Below, in pieces: positions 58,500 through 64,000 of a stretch of 64,000 bases of DNA; position 1 is the stretch's first letter; every line of letters starts with the position of its first letter. Below the pieces are notes generated by a model. That model was not told the DNA's origin, searched no databases, and saw only the letters and a list, made by a program, of their open reading frames with translations. Both the position numbers and the translations under genes were made by a program. This stretch comes from Chiloscyllium plagiosum (taxonomy: Eukaryota), in contig NC_057722.1 of assembly GCF_004010195.1 (NCBI RefSeq), positions 65,727,932 through 65,791,931 on the forward strand, given 5' to 3'.

Positions 58500-59830
58500 C
58501 CAGTTAACTGTCCATTGAATTGTTAGGGGAATTAGTCAGCATGCTCACATCATTAAAAAACAGAAGTATAGAAAGACCCCACAGGGTCATTCATAGAGCT
58601 TTCAAAAGGCTATTGAGACAAACCAATGTGTACGATTATATTCATCATGATGTGAATTTAGGAGAATCCTCTCCTATAAAACAGCATCCTTATTGCTCAG
58701 GTCCAAAGACAAAAGCTCAGGTGAAACCAACAATCCAGTACATGTTGAAAAACTGCTAAATTGAACACTGTCAAAATAATTGGAGTTCTCCAATTAAGTT
58801 AGTGCCTTAGCCCAATGGTTCAACCAGATCCTGCATAGACTACAGAATGTCAACTGGCTAACAAAGGCAAACTCCCGCCTCATTCCTTGCGTGGAAGACT
58901 GTATTGATAGGGGTGTTTGTGCTAGTTTTCTTAGCAAAATGGATTTCTGAGAGGATACAGGTAACTTCATTAAAGGTTCAGAATTAAAGAAATATCAGCC
59001 TTTTTTAACACCAAACCATCTGAACGATGTCATTTGGGCAGGGAAATTGTTCTAGAAAATATCCAGGGATTGATAAACTAAGTAGTAACTAGTGTTCCGA
59101 ACTGCGTAGTTTTATCTTGATGATATACTTGCATACAGTGATACTTGGAAAGACCATTTTGAATAGTTTTTTCTTTTAGAAATTTATAGTTGGCTGATTT
59201 GGTGATAAATTTTGCCAGAAGTGAATTTGGAAAGCTGTGAGCGACCTACCATGGGCATATTGTAGGGCCAGGCCAAGTGCAGCCAAGAACAGCAAAAATA
59301 CAAGAATTACTTGAGTTCCCTGCCTCATACCTAAAAGGGAAGCCATGAGGTTTTTAAGGGTGTGTGGCTTCTGACACTGGTTTATGCCGAATTGCAGCGC
59401 TCTGGCTGCTCCACTGGTGAGTTTTCTTGAAAAGAAAGTCAAAGTGGCCTGGTCAAGGGAGTATCAGGCATCCTCTGAGATGTTGAAAGCAACGTTGATT
59501 AATGACCCTTTACTGGCTGGTCTAAATTTCACCAAATCCTTTAAGATAGAAAATCATGCTGGTTATTTTGGGGTAGGTGCAGTCCTTTTACATGGAAATA
59601 ATTTGAGGAGAAGGTATTACATAACTTTTCTGAGATAGTAAATTGATATCAAAAGAGGTTCTCCATCGATAAGAAAAAAACCTTGCGATTGCTACTGGCT
59701 CTTAAACATTTTGATGTTTGTATCCATCACTGCTACAGAAAGACTCTAGCAAAAGCTAATCATAATCCCCTAGACTTCATGGTATTTTTGTTTTAAACTG
59801 CCAAATTATTTCAATGGAGTTTGCAGTTAG
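58500..59830 (+). mobile_element. Decayed Gypsy pol (RT and RNase H)
   Basis: HDVNLGESSPIKQHPY, WSSP, CIDYR, YLDD (59113-59124), PNCSALAAPL..F.I...GVGAVL; many stops and frameshifts. Confidence 0.85.
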
Positions 59831-59847
59831 AACTTTCATACTTAAAG

Positions 59848-60160
59848 AATTAAAATCCCTACTGTGTGAAACAGGCCGTTCGGCCCAACAAGCCCACACC
59901 AACCCCCTGAAGTGTATCCCACCCAGACTTATTCCCCTACGTTTACCACTGACTCATACACCTAACCTATATATCCCTGAACACTTATGGGCAATATAGT
60001 ATAGTCAATTCACCTAATCTGCACACCTTTGGGTTATAGGAGGAAACTGCAGTACCCAGAGGAAACCCACACAGACACAGGGAGAATGTGCAAACTCCAC
60101 ACAGACAGTCACGTGAGGCTGGAATTGAACCTGGGTCCCTGGTGACACCGTGCCACCCCC
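59848..60160 (-). mobile_element. HE1-like SINE
   Basis: Colinear with 57835-58150. Confidence 0.87.
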
Positions 60161-61237
60161 ATGTTACTTACATTGTGGAAAGAAGAACTAATATAAATGT
60201 TAATGCATTGTTAAGAATGTAACTTTCTTTGAGTTATCCAAGTAATAATAATGTATTAGATACAACTGTACAGGCTACAAGAAAAAGACTGAATGTAAAT
60301 GAATATGTCATCACCTCTCAGTGTTATTATTTTAGTTATGTCCACACTTCATAATGAAAGTGTTTAAAAATATAGTTTCACTCTTTTCATGGGTAAGAGC
60401 TGTTACAAAATTGCTTCATATATAATTTGTTTGAGGACTTTAGTTTGAGGCTTTGCTACATTAAATGCACTACATAAATCAAAATTATTGTTTCTGCTGG
60501 CCAGTTGCCTACTTGAAATGGTCATACAGAACCAGCTGGCTGACTAACACATGGCAAAAGTTGGTGACTCAGATACCATCCTTCAGCACACTGCTTGATC
60601 TTGCAGGTAGGGTGGGAAGAAACCTCATACAAAAAGGTTTCTGCTTCAATTGGTCACACTGAGGAGAATGCATCACTTGCCTACATTGTCTGTTCTTCTC
60701 ACAGACCAGATTTCACTGAATATGGCAATTGCATTGGATATCACGCTCAGTTGGACATTCAAATACCATAATAGAATCATAATGACATTGTAAGAATCCA
60801 GTCTTCAAGCACAAATGACTTAGATGAGAGTCTCAGATTGCTAGGAGTAGGGATGGTGAGTAAAAAGAATGGGAATTGAGTGGTTTCTGGGGTGATTTTA
60901 TCAAGGTGACCAACCAATTTCTGCTCAGCAACAGTCAGAATTACCTAAGACTCATGTTGCCCAACGAGAAAAATAATCATCCAATTTCCATGAAAGAATC
61001 ACAGTGATGCATATTTAGACATTGTACACAATGCACATGCTCAGATTGCTTTCATTCCTTAAACACATGGGAAAATTATGAAGCTCAAGTTTATGATCTT
61101 GATAGAGGCTGAGGTCTTCCACTAAAATGTTAGTGAAGGCACTTAAAAACATGGATATTATTTTGAAGGGAGAATTTAACTAAATTATTAATAGTCAGTT
61201 GGTAGTTCAGAACCGAAGTGTTGTTGAAATCAAAGGG

Positions 61238-61443
61238 AACACTATGGGCAAGTTAGCATGGCCAATTGACCTAACCTGCACATCTTTCATCTTTGGGAAG
61301 AAACTGGAGCAACCAGAGGCAACCCATGCAGACACAGGGAGAAAGTACAAATTCCACACAGACATTTGCCCAAGGGTGGGATCAATCCCAGGTTCTTGGT
61401 GCTGTGAGGCAGCAGTGCTAACTACTGAGCCACTATGCCTCCC
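61238..61443 (-). mobile_element. HE1-like SINE, 5' two-thirds
   Basis: tRNA head and central domain. Confidence 0.82.
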
Positions 61444-62739
61444 TAAAATTGAGGGAGTTGAGCTGCTTTTTGAAAACTGCATGAGCCAACGTGATGTTAG
61501 GAAATAAAACCGTGGAAAAAGTGTTATCTAAAGGGAGAGATGGTACTAAATTTTGGCTATTAATAGAGGTGTAAGTGGCACTAGAACAGGAATTTTATTT
61601 TATTTCAATGTTCATGGGTCTTCTCAAAAAATTGCTTGCAAAACCAAAGTAATCAAGAATATAAATTATCCCATAACCTCTTAATAAAATCATTTACCTT
61701 CCACTTAATATAAATCATGCACTTGGTTAAGCAGGACTGGAAGGAAGACTTTGGAAACCAGAAAAGCATAAGCAATTTCTGAAATTCACGTTTGAAATAA
61801 TTTATGGCCCAGATGCCAATTTACTTGATTAATATTCTCCATTGATTCAGAACCTGACTGTTACTATTATTGGCACCTGAGGCTTTGTGGTTTTACCAAT
61901 GACGTCTCAACTTTTGTTGCAAGTTGCAAATGTTGATCAATTGTCAGTGGAATGTAAAGGAACATTTTCAGGTCTCTAGATACAATTAAACATGATAGAA
62001 TGGGCACAAAAGGTGATACTTTGAATAGTTATATATTATTTTTGTTTTAATTAATTGAAATTAAAGTCATCTTAATCTTATCTGTGAAAATACAAATGTA
62101 TGCGTTTTAACCATGTTTACTTTAATTACTTATTTTTCTGACTTTGTTATCTTATAGCATTTCTTTGCATAGTAATAACTGAAATTTGCTTGTGAAATTC
62201 TACCTTCTTCAGAATTGGAGTTGAAATATTACCTCTGTTTTCTCTCAAGAAATGCTGGCCCTTCTGGATTTCTCCAGCAATTTCAGTTTTGTTTCTGATT
62301 TCCAGCCTCCTCAGTTCTTTGTTTTATCTTTGCATAATATATTTGCTTTTGATTATGTTATTCACAAGCTTTCAACACAATTAAATGTTTGCACATTTAA
62401 TACTTTATTCACCAATAATTGCATATCAAATTACACAGATATAATGTCACCGCAAAATATTGAAAACGTTTTTCAGGGCATTAAAGTGCTATAGCCCTTC
62501 GATCCTCCAAGACCTCCGTGCTTCATCAATTCTGTCTCCTGTGCATGACCAAATTTTTGCACTTCTATTTTGGAATACTGATTGGCTAAAGCTGAAACTC
62601 TGAATGTCCTGCACCAAACCTTGCTGCTTCTTGCTCTCTCTCTCTCTCTCTCTTTCATTATCTTTGATTATCACACTGCGACACATCCATTTATTAGACC
62701 AAGTTGTTCAATACCTATCCTATTTTTGAGGTTTCATCC

Positions 62740-63050
62740 CAATTCACTCATAGGATGTGGGTATTGCAGGCTGGGCCAGCATGTATTGCCTATCCATAGT
62801 TGTTCTGGGGTAACTAGAACATTGTAGTAAGCTGCCTTCTTGAATCACTGCAGTGGGTAGATTTACAATGCCATAAGGGAGAGTGATCCAGGATTTGACC
62901 TAGTGACTCTGAAGGAATGGAGATATATTTCCAAGTCAGAATAGTGAGTGGCATATATGGGAACATGCATATGATAATGTTCCCATGTAGTTCCCGCCCT
63001 TGTCTTTCTAGATGATAGTGATCATGGGTTTGTGAGGCCCTGTCTAAGGA
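62740..63050 (-). mobile_element. Old LINE 3' end (same group as 5940-6478)
   Basis: cactcataggatgtgggtattgcaggctgggccagc start; similar to 55480-55580. Confidence 0.55.
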
Positions 63051-64000
63051 ATTATATGTGGCTCAGTGAGAGATTTTTGATTGGTTATTCCTCCCTGAAG
63101 CTTCTTAGTGTATTTTACTATGTTAAAGGTGCTGCATGTTTTGTTGTTAGTGTTGTGAATCCACTCCCAGTTTTATGAAGTTGGAAATTAAAATTGGGCA
63201 GCCGGTGGACGGGATAACATTACCTCCAATTTACATCCTTTTGCCTTGATGGTCAATGGATCAAATCTCTGGAACTCCATTTTTCACAGCTCAGAAATTA
63301 CTTCACTATACTAACTGCATATATTCAAACGGAAGGCCCACTATCATCTCATGAGTGAAGAGTGAATGATTCCTAAATTTGACTGTTGGAAGCAGGCAAC
63401 TAAAAATTATATTGACATTTACATGACCAAATCATCCGTCAGAATACAAACAAGCCATGAATTGAAATAAGAAATTGATGACAACATTTAAGACTAAACA
63501 ACCTGTTTGATTTGTATCAAATCATCTTTCACATTCACATTCTTCGTCATCAATATATAACAATGTGTACATTCTACCATGCTCCTTTAAATGCACCTAC
63601 TGAATCCATGACTTTTACCACCTGGAAAAATAAAGCACATTCATTCAGGAGTCAAGGATTGAGGAGGAATGTAAGCACACTAATAATCAGTAGCATTCAG
63701 ATATTCCAGAACACTAGCATAATTATAAGTTCATTTAGAATGATTGGGCATTTCCTTATGAACACACACCTACAAGACCCCTTCCAAGGCAGGCACCAAA
63801 GACTTACGATGTCTATCACTATTACTGGGTCAAAATATTGGAACTTTTTTGTTCATAGGACCTACCTCCAATGGAGCACAGTAATTCAAGAAAGCAGCTG
63901 GCCACCATCTTCTCAAGGGGAATTAGGGTTGCAAGTTAATGCTGGTATATCCAGTGACACCTACAACTCATGAACAAATAAACATTTTAACTGAAACTGC

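Noticed and set aside
58500-59830. The missing RT of the 28-32 kb Gypsy element relocated here
   Set aside because: Opposite strand, 26 kb away and no shared LTR sequence seen; more simply an independent insertion
63512-63973. 153-aa ORF as a novel gene
   Set aside because: Overlaps a decayed LINE 3' remnant, starts at a non-ATG codon and shows no recognisable domain

Overview
Vertebrate genomic DNA, almost certainly from an elasmobranch (shark): it is AT-rich and carries HE1-type tRNA SINEs with (AATCT)n tails and abundant CR1 LINEs. The window holds three intact, tandem, + strand class C GPCR genes of the V2R/OlfC (vomeronasal type-2, CaSR-like) family. Each has six coding exons that I could splice by eye into an open frame (about 866, 855 and 868 aa), and each has a TATA box. 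The rest is transposon-derived: CR1 LINEs (some nested), HE1-like SINEs, a second LINE/SINE pair, two decayed Gypsy elements and Penelope-like elements. One Gypsy element retains both LTRs, a PBS, gag and integrase but no visible RT. The most interesting non-genic signal is a set of short, often palindromic, Penelope-associated elements from at least four sequence families. Each family carries a minimal type-I hammerhead ribozyme motif with a palindromic helix III, and several copies lie in V2R introns. Hammerheads in Penelope-like elements are established knowledge; whether these particular families are described I cannot check. Repeat boundaries are approximate unless a target-site duplication is given.
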